Assembly (NCBI GenBank): GCA_030594205.1
Contig: JAUVFR010000001.1
Location: forward strand, 71,870 to 135,869
Direction: 5' to 3'
Source of the DNA: Methanobacteriota archaeon
Lineage (GTDB): Archaea; Thermoplasmatota; Thermoplasmata; RBG-16-68-12; JAJISG01
DNA: 64,000 nt
The position numbers and the translations under genes were made by a program. A model generated the notes under the pieces. It worked only from the letters and a program-made list of their open reading frames with translations, ran no database searches and was not told the DNA's origin. The first letter of the stretch is position 1. The number at the start of each line of letters is the position of its first letter. Shown here piece by piece: positions 9,383-18,570 of this stretch.

Positions 9383-11086
9383 TCAATACACCCGCGCCTC
9401 GGGCTTCCACCGGGTGATGGTCACCGGCAGGTATTCGATTTCGGGACCTGTCTCTCCCTGCGTCACGACGGTGTGGGCGAGGAAGTTCTCGTCGTCCCGC
9501 TCCGGGAAGTCCGTCCGAAAGTGGGCACCTCGGGTCTCCGTGCGACGAAGGGCGGAGTGGACGATCGCTTCCGCGACCGTGAGCATGGATTCCAACTCCA
9601 GAACGGACGTGAGTTCCGTGTTGAACACGCGGTCCTTGTCGGCGACCTCCACCTTCTCGAAAGACCCCTTCAGTCTGGCAAGCACCTTGGTGGCTTCGCT
9701 CAACGAAGCGGCGTCCCGGGAGATGCCTACGTGGTCTTCCATGGTCGTTTGGAGTTCCTCTCGAATCTCCGCCACCCCCCGTCCTCCACGCTCGCGCCCT
9801 AGGAGGTCGTCGTAGAGCCGCGCCTCCTCCGCCTGCACGGCCTCGGTGGGCAACTCGACTTCAGAGGCTTGGCGGGCGTACCGACCGGCGGCTAGGCCGG
9901 CTCGCGCCCCGAAAACGAGACACTCGGTTAGGGAGTTGGATCCAAGACGGTTCGCGCCGTTGATGCTGACGCAGGCCGTTTCCCCCGCGGCGTAGAGACC
10001 CGCGAGAGAGGTCTGGCCCGTCGCGTCAGTGTGGACCCCTCCCATCATGTAGTGGACCCCCGGGCGAACTGGAATGGATTCCTCTTCGGGGTTGATGCCC
10101 ACATACTTCTCGGCAAGCTCCGTGACCATGGGGAGCCTCTCGCTCAACACCTTGCGCCCCAAATGCGTCAGATCCAGGTGCACGTGGGGTCCGTAGGGCC
10201 CTTCGATGCCTCGACCCTCGCGGATCTCCGTCATGATCGCCCGGGAAAGGAGGTCGCGGGGGCCCAGCTCCATCTTCCCCGGGACGTAGCTCTTGAGGAA
10301 GCGGTCCCCGTCGGCGTTCCGGAGGTATCCTCCCTCCCCCCGGGAGGCCTCCGTGATGAGGATGCCCGTTCCGGGAAGGGCCGTGGGGTGGAATTGCACG
10401 AATTCCATGTCCTTCAGGGGCGCCCCCGCCCGATAGGCCATGGCCATGCCGTCCCCTGTCTTGATCATGCCGTTCGTGGTGAACTGAAACGCCCGGCCGG
10501 CTCCGCCGGTGGTGAGGATGAAGGCCTTGCCGGTCAGGCCTGCCATGGTCCCCGTGCGTAGGTCCAAGGCCGTTGCACCAATGACGCGTTGCCCCTCTCT
10601 TACCAGGGAGGTGACAAACCACTCGTCCAACCGCTGAATGTTGTCGTACTTCAGGCTGTGTTGGAAGAGGGTATGGAGGAGGTGGAACCCCACCTTGTCC
10701 GCCGCGAAGATGGTCCGCTTGACACTCATGCCCCCAAAGGCCCGGACGGCGATGCGGCCATCGGGATCACGACTCCAGGGACACCCCCAGTGTTCCAGTT
10801 GGATGATCTCCTTGGGTGCTTCTCGGGTGAAAAGTTCCACCGCGTCCTGGTCGGCGAGGAAGTCACTGCCCTTGACCGTGTCGAAGGCGTGCAGGTCAAG
10901 TGTGTCGTAGTCCCGCAGCACCGCGGCTAGGCCCCCCTCGGCGGAGACGGTGTGACTCCGCATGGGGTAGACCTTGGAGATGATGACGATGTCCAGGTGG
11001 GGGCTCTCCTCCGCCGCCGCGATGGCGGCCCTAAGGCCCGCCGCGCCACCACCCACGATGACGAGGTCGTGGGAGAACCGCTCCAT
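9383..11086 (-). CDS. sdhA: Succinate dehydrogenase flavoprotein subunit
   Basis: The start at [21 protein letters not shown] is the FAD Rossmann motif. [10 protein letters not shown] contains the covalent-FAD His. The product is 567 aa; the track ORF is extended upstream into nth. Confidence 0.92.
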   Translation of the reverse strand: MERFSHDLVIVGGGAAGLRAAIAAAEESPHLDIVIISKVYPMRSHTVSAEGGLAAVLRDYDTLDLHAFDTVKGSDFLADQDAVELFTREAPKEIIQLEHWGCPWSRDPDGRIAVRAFGGMSVKRTIFAADKVGFHLLHTLFQHSLKYDNIQRLDEWFVTSLVREGQRVIGATALDLRTGTMAGLTGKAFILTTGGAGRAFQFTTNGMIKTGDGMAMAYRAGAPLKDMEFVQFHPTALPGTGILITEASRGEGGYLRNADGDRFLKSYVPGKMELGPRDLLSRAIMTEIREGRGIEGPYGPHVHLDLTHLGRKVLSERLPMVTELAEKYVGINPEEESIPVRPGVHYMMGGVHTDATGQTSLAGLYAAGETACVSINGANRLGSNSLTECLVFGARAGLAAGRYARQASEVELPTEAVQAEEARLYDDLLGRERGGRGVAEIREELQTTMEDHVGISRDAASLSEATKVLARLKGSFEKVEVADKDRVFNTELTSVLELESMLTVAEAIVHSALRRTETRGAHFRTDFPERDDENFLAHTVVTQGETGPEIEYLPVTITRWKPEARVY

Positions 11087-11126
11087 CGGCCAGCTGAGAT
11101 TCTGACCCTTGATAATGGTTTGGCCT

Positions 11127-11831
11127 TTACACCGCTGTCGCCGACGGTCGCCAGATGCGCGCTTGGATTTGGCCGGTCCGGATCTTCTCGTAGAAGGGGC
11201 AGTCGGGCCCAACGGGGCAGACAAGGCAGCGGGGGAGCCGGGCGGTGCACGTCTCGCGACCGAACCGGATGAGGGCCAGGTGCGCCTCTCGGCGCTGCTC
11301 CGGGGGAATGCGAGCCTTCCACGCCTCCGTGATGTCCTCGTAGCGCCGGCCCGGATCGATCTCCCACCGTTGGGCGATTCGCCAGATGTGCGTATCCACC
11401 GGCATGGTGGGGTAGTCCCCAACCATGGCGAGGACGACATCGGCTGTCTTGGGTCCGATGCCATTGAGCGCCATCAGCGCCGCCCGAGCCTGTTCCAGGG
11501 GGGGCCGAATGAGTCGGAGGAGATCGCCCTGGTACCGATCGAGGAGATGCTGGGCAAGCGCCTTCAGCCACTTTGCCTTGGCGGTGTAGAGACCGGCGGG
11601 ACGGAGTGCCCGTTCGAGATTCTCCACGCCGGTGGCCGCCACCCGCTCGGGCGTGATCCCGACGGAGTCCCGGAGGTTCTGGAGGGCCCTCCGTTCGTTC
11701 TGGACCGTGGTGTTCTGGGAGATGACTACGGAAACGAGAACCTCGAAGGGGTCCCTCCTTTGCGTCCAGTCCTGGGCGGGATACCTCCGAAGCACCGTTG
11801 AAAGAGCGCGGCGTGAGGTCTTCTCGTCCAT
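11127..11831 (-). CDS. nth: Endonuclease III (HhH-GPD DNA glycosylase/AP lyase with 4Fe-4S loop)
   Basis: The HhH-GPD region ([13 protein letters not shown]) and a C-x6-C-x2-C-x5-C cluster ([17 protein letters not shown]) are present. Confidence 0.88.
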   Translation of the reverse strand: MDEKTSRRALSTVLRRYPAQDWTQRRDPFEVLVSVVISQNTTVQNERRALQNLRDSVGITPERVAATGVENLERALRPAGLYTAKAKWLKALAQHLLDRYQGDLLRLIRPPLEQARAALMALNGIGPKTADVVLAMVGDYPTMPVDTHIWRIAQRWEIDPGRRYEDITEAWKARIPPEQRREAHLALIRFGRETCTARLPRCLVCPVGPDCPFYEKIRTGQIQARIWRPSATAV

Positions 11832-11859
11832 CCTGGTTCCCTTCCGGGCAGGTTCCAGC

Positions 11860-12696
11860 TCACGACCTGACGAAAGAACGCATCATGAGGATGGCGTTGC
11901 GAGGCCGTTCCCGCAGGCGCCGGGTGAAGTACGCGAACCAGTGGGGTCCATAGGGGATGTACTCCAGCGTGCGAAGGCCCCGAGTTCGTAGCTCCCGCTT
12001 CAGGGGATCCCGGACCCCCATGAGGGTCTGAAACTCCAGCGTCCGCTGGTACTCCTCCTGCAGGGTCAACCCCTCCTGAATCATGGCGTCGTCGTGGGTG
12101 GCGAGGGCAAACCGCCGTCCCTCCTCGAACAGGATGCGCATCAGGACCCGGTAGTTCTCATCGATGTCCGTCTTGCGCCGGTATGAGATTCGCGAGTCCT
12201 CTCGGTACGCCCCCTTCACGAGGCGGATGATGGCATTGGGCATCATGGCACGAAGGTCGTCCACCGCCCGGTGGAGGTTGGCCTGGAGTGCTACTCCGGT
12301 TTCGGCGTACTCTCGCGAGGTTTCCTCGTAGATGCGTAGCGTGGCCGACGTGTACGGGGTGTCCTCCATGTCCAGCCAGAGGAAGACGCCTTGCGCCTGA
12401 CAGCGCTCCCGCATCTCCTCGAGATTCTCTCGACAGTAGTCCTCATCCATGCCGAGGCCGAGCTGGGTGGGTTTGATGGAGATGGCGGCGTCCAGCCCGT
12501 GGGCATCGATGCCGGCTATGATGGCCCGATACTCCCGCAACGTGGCCTCGACGGACTCTCGCCGGGTGTAGTGCTCCCCCAGGAAGTTAAGGATCGCTCC
12601 GAGGCCACGACCGTTCGCCACCCGGGCCCGACGGAGCCCCTCGTCAGAGGTGTTTCCCGCGACCCACTGGCGGGCTAGGGGAAGGAGAAAGTCCAC
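11860..12696 (-). CDS. Proline dehydrogenase (PRODH domain, PF01619-like)
   Basis: Motifs ISIKPTQLG, WLDMED, IRLVKGAY and YIPYGP match those of monofunctional proline dehydrogenases. Confidence 0.85.
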   Translation of the reverse strand: MDFLLPLARQWVAGNTSDEGLRRARVANGRGLGAILNFLGEHYTRRESVEATLREYRAIIAGIDAHGLDAAISIKPTQLGLGMDEDYCRENLEEMRERCQAQGVFLWLDMEDTPYTSATLRIYEETSREYAETGVALQANLHRAVDDLRAMMPNAIIRLVKGAYREDSRISYRRKTDIDENYRVLMRILFEEGRRFALATHDDAMIQEGLTLQEEYQRTLEFQTLMGVRDPLKRELRTRGLRTLEYIPYGPHWFAYFTRRLRERPRNAILMMRSFVRS

Positions 12697-12783
12697 GCGA
12701 GAGGAGCGGTCCTGCGCTCAAAAGGTTCGCGGTCCGCCCCCTGGGGAGAAACTTCCTAAAGGAGGGGACCCTAATTCCTGTCG

Positions 12784-13278
12784 ATGAGGTATTCCGAGCA
12801 GCTTGAGAACGCGTCGGGGCTCGCGGAGATTTTCGAACTCGTCAAACGGGTCGTCCAAGACAACCTGGGACGGATTCGTGCGGGCCTGATGCTTGGGCTG
12901 GCGGACCTGGGAAATCACCCTCGCGGTTTCATCGGGGGGTTCCACGCCGTGGGGAGCAACGTCATTGTGATGAACAAGGTCCCCCTGCTTCGGATCCAGG
13001 ACACAAACCAGGATTTGTACAAGCCCTACGCCTTCAACGTTCTCCTCCACGAATACCTGCACACCCTGGGCTACCTGGACGAAGGGACGGTCCGGCCCAC
13101 CGTCGCTCGGCTGAGCGAGGCGGCCTTCGGCCCCGATCACCTCGTCACCCAAATCGGCCGGGATTACGCCGCCTTCTTCCCCAACCTGGTCTACCCCGAG
13201 GCCGCCTGGCAGCCGCGGGAGTTTTCCATGGAGCTTGTGTCGGACTTCGACAAGGGTAGCGCCAGCTACATCGGCTGA
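12784..13278 (+). CDS. Hypothetical protein with HExxH zinc-metallopeptidase-like motif (LLHEYLHTLGYLDEG)
   Basis: A 164-aa ORF with coding-like composition and a single HExxH...E motif. No cysteines are present, so it is not an archaemetzincin. Confidence 0.5.
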   Translation: MRYSEQLENASGLAEIFELVKRVVQDNLGRIRAGLMLGLADLGNHPRGFIGGFHAVGSNVIVMNKVPLLRIQDTNQDLYKPYAFNVLLHEYLHTLGYLDEGTVRPTVARLSEAAFGPDHLVTQIGRDYAAFFPNLVYPEAAWQPREFSMELVSDFDKGSASYIG

Positions 13279-13335
13279 GGGCCGAAACCGTTTAGAGGCC
13301 GAGTGTTTTCACTCCTGCGCTGGAGGAGGGACGGT

Positions 13336-14028
13336 ATGGCCGAATTGCACCCCCGGGCCTACCTGGCTGAATTCATCGCCGTTCTGGCATTGGTCTTTGC
13401 GGGCGGCGGTTCCATCATCGCGAACGAGCTTCTGGGGCCGCAGGGCTTTGGGCTCCTGGGCATTGCCTTCGCCCACGGCATTGTGCTTGCGGTGATGGTC
13501 ACCGCGACGATGCACATCTCAGGGGGCCACGTGAACCCGGCCGTGACCATCGGCCAGCTGATCGCGCGGAAAATCGATGCGACCAACGCCCTCCTGTACA
13601 TCGGGGCCCAACTCCTTGGGGGCGTGGTGGGGGGCGTCCTCCTGCTCTATGCCTTCCCCTCCTCGGCCTGGGACCTCAACGGCATTAAGCTCGGCACGCC
13701 GCAGCTGGGGGCCATCGCCGACATACCCACCGCCATCGGGGTGGAGGCCATCCTGACCTTCTTCCTGGTTTTCACTGTGTTCGCCACGGGCGTCGACAAG
13801 CGGGGAACGGGCCAGATCGCAGGGTTCGCCATCGGCTTCGTCCTCATCTTCGACATCTTGGTCGGAGGGCCCCTCACCGGGGCCGCCATGAATCCGGCCC
13901 GCGCTTTCGGGACGGCAGCGGCCATCGTCCACTTCCCCCTCGAGCACATCGTCTACTGGATTGGCCCCATCATCGGGGGAATTGTAGCGGGCCTGGTGTA
14001 CGGGTACGGACTGCTCAAGAAGGAGTAA
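13336..14028 (+). CDS. aqpM: Aquaporin/MIP-family channel (AqpM-like)
   Basis: Two NPA motifs (GGHVNPAVT and AAMNPARAF) and six TM helices. The probable start is MAELHPRAY. Confidence 0.88.
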   Translation: MAELHPRAYLAEFIAVLALVFAGGGSIIANELLGPQGFGLLGIAFAHGIVLAVMVTATMHISGGHVNPAVTIGQLIARKIDATNALLYIGAQLLGGVVGGVLLLYAFPSSAWDLNGIKLGTPQLGAIADIPTAIGVEAILTFFLVFTVFATGVDKRGTGQIAGFAIGFVLIFDILVGGPLTGAAMNPARAFGTAAAIVHFPLEHIVYWIGPIIGGIVAGLVYGYGLLKKE

Positions 14029-14059
14029 GCACTCGCTCCGAGTGCGCCCCGAAAGTGGG

Positions 14060-14356
14060 CTACACGAGGCGAAAGAGAACCTTTCCCACGATGTGTTCGA
14101 CGGGGACCGGCCCGAAGTCCCGGCTGTCCGTGCTCAGCCGTCGGTTGTCCCCCACGATGGAGATGTGGGATCCATCGACCCGCGAGATTCGTTTCACCAA
14201 GAACCGGTTCTCGAAGGGATGGCGGAGAACGACGAGGTCCCCCACCGAAGGGCATCCCCAGAGATAGGGGAGCGCGCTCGCGATGACTTGGTCGCCCTCC
14301 CGCAGGGTGGGCTCCATGCTTCGATTCCTGATTCGGAAGCGGCGTAAGGGCGACAT
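14060..14356 (-). CDS. sodX: Ni-SOD maturation peptidase SodX (S26 signal-peptidase-like)
   Basis: RNRSMEPTLREGD carries the catalytic Ser and VKRISRVDGS the Lys, in an S24/S26 fold. It lies immediately downstream of sodN. The start is uncertain because the track ORF extends to 14461 and overlaps sodN. Confidence 0.6.
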   Translation of the reverse strand: MSPLRRFRIRNRSMEPTLREGDQVIASALPYLWGCPSVGDLVVLRHPFENRFLVKRISRVDGSHISIVGDNRRLSTDSRDFGPVPVEHIVGKVLFRLV

Positions 14357-14376
14357 CACAGGATCACGACCGACCC

Positions 14377-14898
14377 TCACCCCGCGGTCGGAACCACCAT
14401 CTCCCGCTCGGTAGGGTAGTGGGACCCCGTGCGGACGGGCGTCACGTTCTTCGTCTTCCAAAAGATTTCCGCGATTCGGTTCACCGTGTCTAAGAGGTCC
14501 TCCCCTACCTGCAGGTCAGTGGTCTGCTTGGACTGGGAGCCGAGCATCATCACCTTCCAGACCAGATCGTGGAGATCCGGGAAAGCCTCCGCATGATCGG
14601 GTTTGAAGTAATCTCCCCAGAGGATTCGAACCTCATGTTTGCAGATTTCGGCGTGTTTCTCCTTGATCTCGGTGTACCGGGCAATGCCGTGGGCGTACTG
14701 ATCCATCTCCGTCGGCGTCCCCCTGCCCTTCTCCGTCAGCTCCCCAATGAGGGTGTCCATCCGGATGACCGTATGGGCGGCCAGCTGGGCATAGTGCGGG
14801 TCGTAGATGCCGCACGGGATGTCACAGTGCGCATAGGCGGTTTCCTCGGGCAAGATCCTCTCGAGGATACGCGTCACGATTTTCCTTCTAGTTTCCAT
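14377..14898 (-). CDS. sodN: Nickel-containing superoxide dismutase (NiSOD) precursor
   Basis: The Ni-hook HCDIPCGIYDP is preceded by a 23-aa propeptide (METRRKIVTRILERILPEETAYA). The ATG at 14898 is preceded by GGAGGAGG with 8-nt spacing. The 480-aa track ORF is an artefactual extension. Confidence 0.85.
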   Translation of the reverse strand: METRRKIVTRILERILPEETAYAHCDIPCGIYDPHYAQLAAHTVIRMDTLIGELTEKGRGTPTEMDQYAHGIARYTEIKEKHAEICKHEVRILWGDYFKPDHAEAFPDLHDLVWKVMMLGSQSKQTTDLQVGEDLLDTVNRIAEIFWKTKNVTPVRTGSHYPTEREMVVPTAG

Positions 14899-14905
14899 TT
14901 CCGAA

Positions 14906-14913
14906 CCTCCTCC
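14906..14913 (-). promoter_or_regulatory. Shine-Dalgarno-like GGAGGAGG upstream of sodN
   Basis: The plus-strand sequence cctcctcc lies 8 nt upstream of the sodN ATG on the minus strand. Confidence 0.4.
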
Positions 14914-15057
14914 GTCCGTCGTCCAAGTCTCGGAAGACGAACCGCGTCTGAGGTACCGCGCGAAGGCGCACGGCCTTCTAAAGTCTTGGTGCGGGCGTGG
15001 AATCCGCTGAAGAACGTTTGAAATAGCCAACTCTCGTAGTCCGCCGAGGGGCTCGGG

Positions 15058-16581
15058 TTGCAGATTCAGGCCACGCACGGACGCATCGAAGAGGCCGCGG
15101 ATTCGGCGATTGTGGTAAACCTGTTTCAGGGCGTGAATGCTCCGGGAGGGGCCACGGGGGCGGTGGATCGCGCCCTCGAGGGAATGATTGCAGAGCTCAT
15201 TCAGGGCGGGGATCTGAAGGGGAAATTCAAGGAGGTCGTCCTCTTTCGGACGGGAGGACGCATCCCCGCTGAGAGGGTCCTCGTCGTGGGCCTCGGGGAT
15301 CAGCTGGAGTTTGGCTTGGACCGGATCCGGGAAACTTCCGCGAGGGCGGCGACGTTCCTGCGGGAGTCCGGCGTCTCCAGCTACACAACCATCATGCATG
15401 GCACGGGAATCGGCGGGGTCGATCTGAGGGAGGCGACCGAGGCCTTGGTGGAGGGGGCCCTGCTCGGGTCCTATCGTTTCAATCGCTACAGGACGGAGCG
15501 GGACGAAGACGAGGTGGAGCTGACGTCCATGACGGTCGCGGTCAAGGATGCGGAAAATCTGGAAACCGTGCAGGAGGCGATCCAGTGGGCGCGCACCGTG
15601 TCGGAGGCCACCAACTTTGTGCGGGATCTCGTTGCCTCCCCCGCCCGAGACAAGACACCCCGGGAATTGGCCCGGGTGGCCCAGGAGGTGGCCGAGGGCG
15701 CAAGCATACAGTGCACCGTTCTTGACGAGAAGCAGGCCGAGGAGCTGAACATGGGTGGATTCCTCGGCGTCGCACGCGGGAGCAGCGAGCCCCCGCGTTT
15801 CATCATCCTGGAGTATCACGGCGGCCCGAAGGGGGAGAGCCCCATCGCCCTGGTGGGCAAGGGCATCACCTTTGACAGCGGAGGCCTCTCGCTCAAGCCC
15901 GCCAAGTCCATGGAGACGATGAAGGAGGACATGGCGGGGGCAGCTGCGGTCATCGGGGTCCTCCGGGCCGCGGCCGAACTCAAGCTCCCGGTGAACCTCG
16001 TAGGCATCGCGCCTTGCACCGAGAATCTCCCTGGGGGCCGGGCCACCAAGCCGGGTGATGTCCTAACCACGCACCTCGGCACGACCATCGAGGTCCTGAA
16101 CACGGACGCGGAGGGTCGCCTGGTCCTGTCCGACGGCCTGGGATACGCCACGACCTTCAATCCCCAGGCCATCTTCGACATGGCCACCCTTACCGGAGCT
16201 TGTATGGTCGCCCTCGGCCGGATGACCACGGGCATGATGGGGACCAGCGAAGAGCTCATGGACCGCCTCCGCCGAGCAGGAGCCAAGACGGGGGACTATG
16301 TGTGGCCCCTCCCCCTCTACGAGGAGTACGAGGAGCAGATCAAGAGCGACATCGCAGACGTGAAGAACACGGGTGGGAAGTACGCCGGCGCCATTACGGC
16401 GGCCCTCCTCCTGAAGAGGTTCGTGAAGGACGTTCCGTGGGTGCACTTGGACATCGCGGGCACGCGGAAGACAACAGGCGAGGCCGATTCCCTCCAGAAG
16501 GAGTATCTCCCTAAGGGACCCACGGGCGTCGGGGTTCGACTGCTCATCCAGGTGCTACGCGACTGGAACCAGGCGACATGA
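15058..16581 (+). CDS. pepA: Leucyl aminopeptidase (M17 family)
   Basis: Motifs VGKGITFDSGG and NTDAEGRL are M17 family signatures. The 507-aa product begins at a TTG and the exact start is uncertain. Confidence 0.88.
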   Translation: MQIQATHGRIEEAADSAIVVNLFQGVNAPGGATGAVDRALEGMIAELIQGGDLKGKFKEVVLFRTGGRIPAERVLVVGLGDQLEFGLDRIRETSARAATFLRESGVSSYTTIMHGTGIGGVDLREATEALVEGALLGSYRFNRYRTERDEDEVELTSMTVAVKDAENLETVQEAIQWARTVSEATNFVRDLVASPARDKTPRELARVAQEVAEGASIQCTVLDEKQAEELNMGGFLGVARGSSEPPRFIILEYHGGPKGESPIALVGKGITFDSGGLSLKPAKSMETMKEDMAGAAAVIGVLRAAAELKLPVNLVGIAPCTENLPGGRATKPGDVLTTHLGTTIEVLNTDAEGRLVLSDGLGYATTFNPQAIFDMATLTGACMVALGRMTTGMMGTSEELMDRLRRAGAKTGDYVWPLPLYEEYEEQIKSDIADVKNTGGKYAGAITAALLLKRFVKDVPWVHLDIAGTRKTTGEADSLQKEYLPKGPTGVGVRLLIQVLRDWNQAT

Positions 16582-17261
16582 GCCTGATCGACGCGGTCTT
16601 CGAGGAACGACTCAATCGATTCTTGGTGCGTGCGAATCGGGGCGGGCAGGCGACCCTGTGCCATCTCCCAAATCCGGGGCGGCTTCGCGAACTCCTGCAA
16701 CCCGGGGCGTCTGTCCTGTTGCATCGACGCCCCCGTCTGCACCGTAAAACAGGGTACGACTTGGTTGCGGTCCGCAAGGGCGAGATGTGGGTTTCCATCG
16801 ACACGGGGCTGCCCAATCGTGCGGTTCGAGGCTGGCTAGCGGCCGAGACTCTTCCGGAGTTTCGAGGCTACTCACACATTTCCTCGGAGGCGATCTTGGG
16901 CGAAAGCCGACTCGACTTCCTCCTTCAGAACGGGCGAGATTGCTACCTCGAAGTCAAGTCCTGCACGCTCGTCGAAGACGGCGATGCCCGCTTCCCCGAT
17001 GCGCCCACGACCCGCGGCACGCGGCATATGAAGACCCTCACCGAGGCTGCCGGGAAGGGGGTCCGAGCCTGCGTTCTCTTCGTGGTCCAGCGACCCGACG
17101 CCAAACGGTTTCGCCCCCGCGACGAGACCGACCCCGACTTCGGGAAGGCCCTGCGGGCGGCTTACGCGAAGGGGGTGGAGATCATAGCGTATCGAACGAC
17201 GTTTGACGGGGTTACACTCGTCGATCCCCAGCGTATCCAAACGGATTTACGCACGAGGTAA
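16578..17261 (+). CDS. sfsA: SfsA-family protein (sugar fermentation stimulation protein homolog)
   Basis: The N-terminus RLNRFLVRANRGG...CHLPNPGRL and the central LEVKSCTLVEDG....FPDAPTTRGTRH match SfsA conservation. Confidence 0.7.
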   Translation: MSLIDAVFEERLNRFLVRANRGGQATLCHLPNPGRLRELLQPGASVLLHRRPRLHRKTGYDLVAVRKGEMWVSIDTGLPNRAVRGWLAAETLPEFRGYSHISSEAILGESRLDFLLQNGRDCYLEVKSCTLVEDGDARFPDAPTTRGTRHMKTLTEAAGKGVRACVLFVVQRPDAKRFRPRDETDPDFGKALRAAYAKGVEIIAYRTTFDGVTLVDPQRIQTDLRTR

Positions 17262-17978
17262 TTGGGAGAGGGGATGACGGGATCCCGCGAGGCGGTCCAT
17301 CCACCGACGGCGTTGGCTTCTACCGATGCCGGACTCCAGGACGAGCTTCACACGCTTTACCGAGAACGCCAGGGCGAAATCGAGACGCGGTTGCGGGAGT
17401 TTCGAGCGATTTGGGAGGAAGGTAGCGACGAGGACCTCTTCGCTGAGATGACGTTCTGCCTCTGTGCCGTTCAGACAGCGGCGCGCGTGAGCGATCGGAC
17501 CACACACACCCTCCGCGAGCGAGGGCTCCTCCTCGGAGGTTCGCGAAGGCGCGTCCGGGATGTCCTTCGAGGGGGCTACGTCCGTTTTCACGAGAACAAG
17601 TCCCGGTGGATCGTGGAGGCCCGAAGGCGTTTCATGGAACCCAGCCCGACCCTGCGCCAAGACCTGGAAAGACGAGCCCACTCCCCGCCGGCCCTCCGGA
17701 ACTGGCTCGAGGACGAGGTCCTGGGACTCGGACCGAAGGAGGCATCCCACTTCCTGCGGAACATCGGTCTCGGCGAAGATCTGGCCATCCTCGACCGCCA
17801 CATCCTCACAAACCTGAAGGACCTCGGCGTCCTCGACGCCCTGCCCCCGAGCCTCACGCGAACTCGCTACCTCGAGATTGAAGGGCGTCTCCAGGCGTTC
17901 TGCGAACGGACCGGCATCCCCGTGGGACACATGGATCTCCTCCTCTGGGCCAAGGCGACGGGTTTTGTCTTCAAGTGA
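17262..17978 (+). CDS. ogg: N-glycosylase/DNA lyase, archaeal Ogg2-type (HhH-GPD superfamily)
   Basis: Motifs FCLCAVQTAA, HhH (KEASHFLRNIGLGEDLAILDRHI) and the catalytic Asp context are present. Confidence 0.65.
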   Translation: MGEGMTGSREAVHPPTALASTDAGLQDELHTLYRERQGEIETRLREFRAIWEEGSDEDLFAEMTFCLCAVQTAARVSDRTTHTLRERGLLLGGSRRRVRDVLRGGYVRFHENKSRWIVEARRRFMEPSPTLRQDLERRAHSPPALRNWLEDEVLGLGPKEASHFLRNIGLGEDLAILDRHILTNLKDLGVLDALPPSLTRTRYLEIEGRLQAFCERTGIPVGHMDLLLWAKATGFVFK

Positions 17979-18570
17979 GGCGGACTCGACCGGGATTCGC
18001 CGGCGTTTCGTCGTCGTAGGACACGATGCGACCACGGCAGGTGACTTCGGCCTCAACGACCTGGCAGGGGCGACGGGACGCCTGGACATCCTGCTTCGCT
18101 GCGTGAATTCCGCCTTCCTGCTCTCCCATGACCTGCGGCGGGATACCGAGCTCTACCTCGTCCTCCTCGGTCCGCCGTGTCCCCCCCGGACGCTCCGACT
18201 GGTGGGCCGCGAGTTGCGACACCTCAACCCGGACGAGCGGAGCACCGCCGCTTTGCTGCGCCAGGCTCTTCGCTCCCCCACGGAGGGCCAGAGCAGCCCA
18301 GGGATTCACGTGAAATCCCTCGGCCTTTCCACGCTTCTTGAGACGTTCCCGAATGAGCTGGTCTACCTTCACGAGAACGGGACGGACATCCGTCAGGCGG
18401 CGCTCTCCTTGCCGACCACGTTCCTGCTCTCCGATCACCATGACTTGACTCCCGAGGAAGAGGCCGCCGTCCTCGGGTTCCGCCCCCAACGGCTCCGGCT
18501 CGGCCCCCGGCCGCTCCACGCGGACCACGCCATCCTCCTCGTCCACAACGAGTTGGATCGTCGCGCCTAG
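17878..18570 (+). CDS. trmY: tRNA (pseudouridine54-N1)-methyltransferase TrmY (DUF358/SPOUT)
   Basis: RFVVVGHDATTAGDFGLNDLAGATGRLD...ELYLVLLGPP matches TrmY. The conserved N-terminus begins about 17990, but there is no canonical in-frame start between the ogg stop and that point, so the listed ORF overlaps ogg by about 100 nt and the start is uncertain. Confidence 0.65.
   Translation: MKGVSRRSANGPASPWDTWISSSGPRRRVLSSSEADSTGIRRRFVVVGHDATTAGDFGLNDLAGATGRLDILLRCVNSAFLLSHDLRRDTELYLVLLGPPCPPRTLRLVGRELRHLNPDERSTAALLRQALRSPTEGQSSPGIHVKSLGLSTLLETFPNELVYLHENGTDIRQAALSLPTTFLLSDHHDLTPEEEAAVLGFRPQRLRLGPRPLHADHAILLVHNELDRRA

Noticed and set aside
14377-15819. The 480-aa ORF as a single large gene
   Set aside because: Only the last 174 codons (from ATG 14898, preceded by GGAGG) form the NiSOD precursor. 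The upstream part is low-complexity and overlaps the divergent pepA promoter region.
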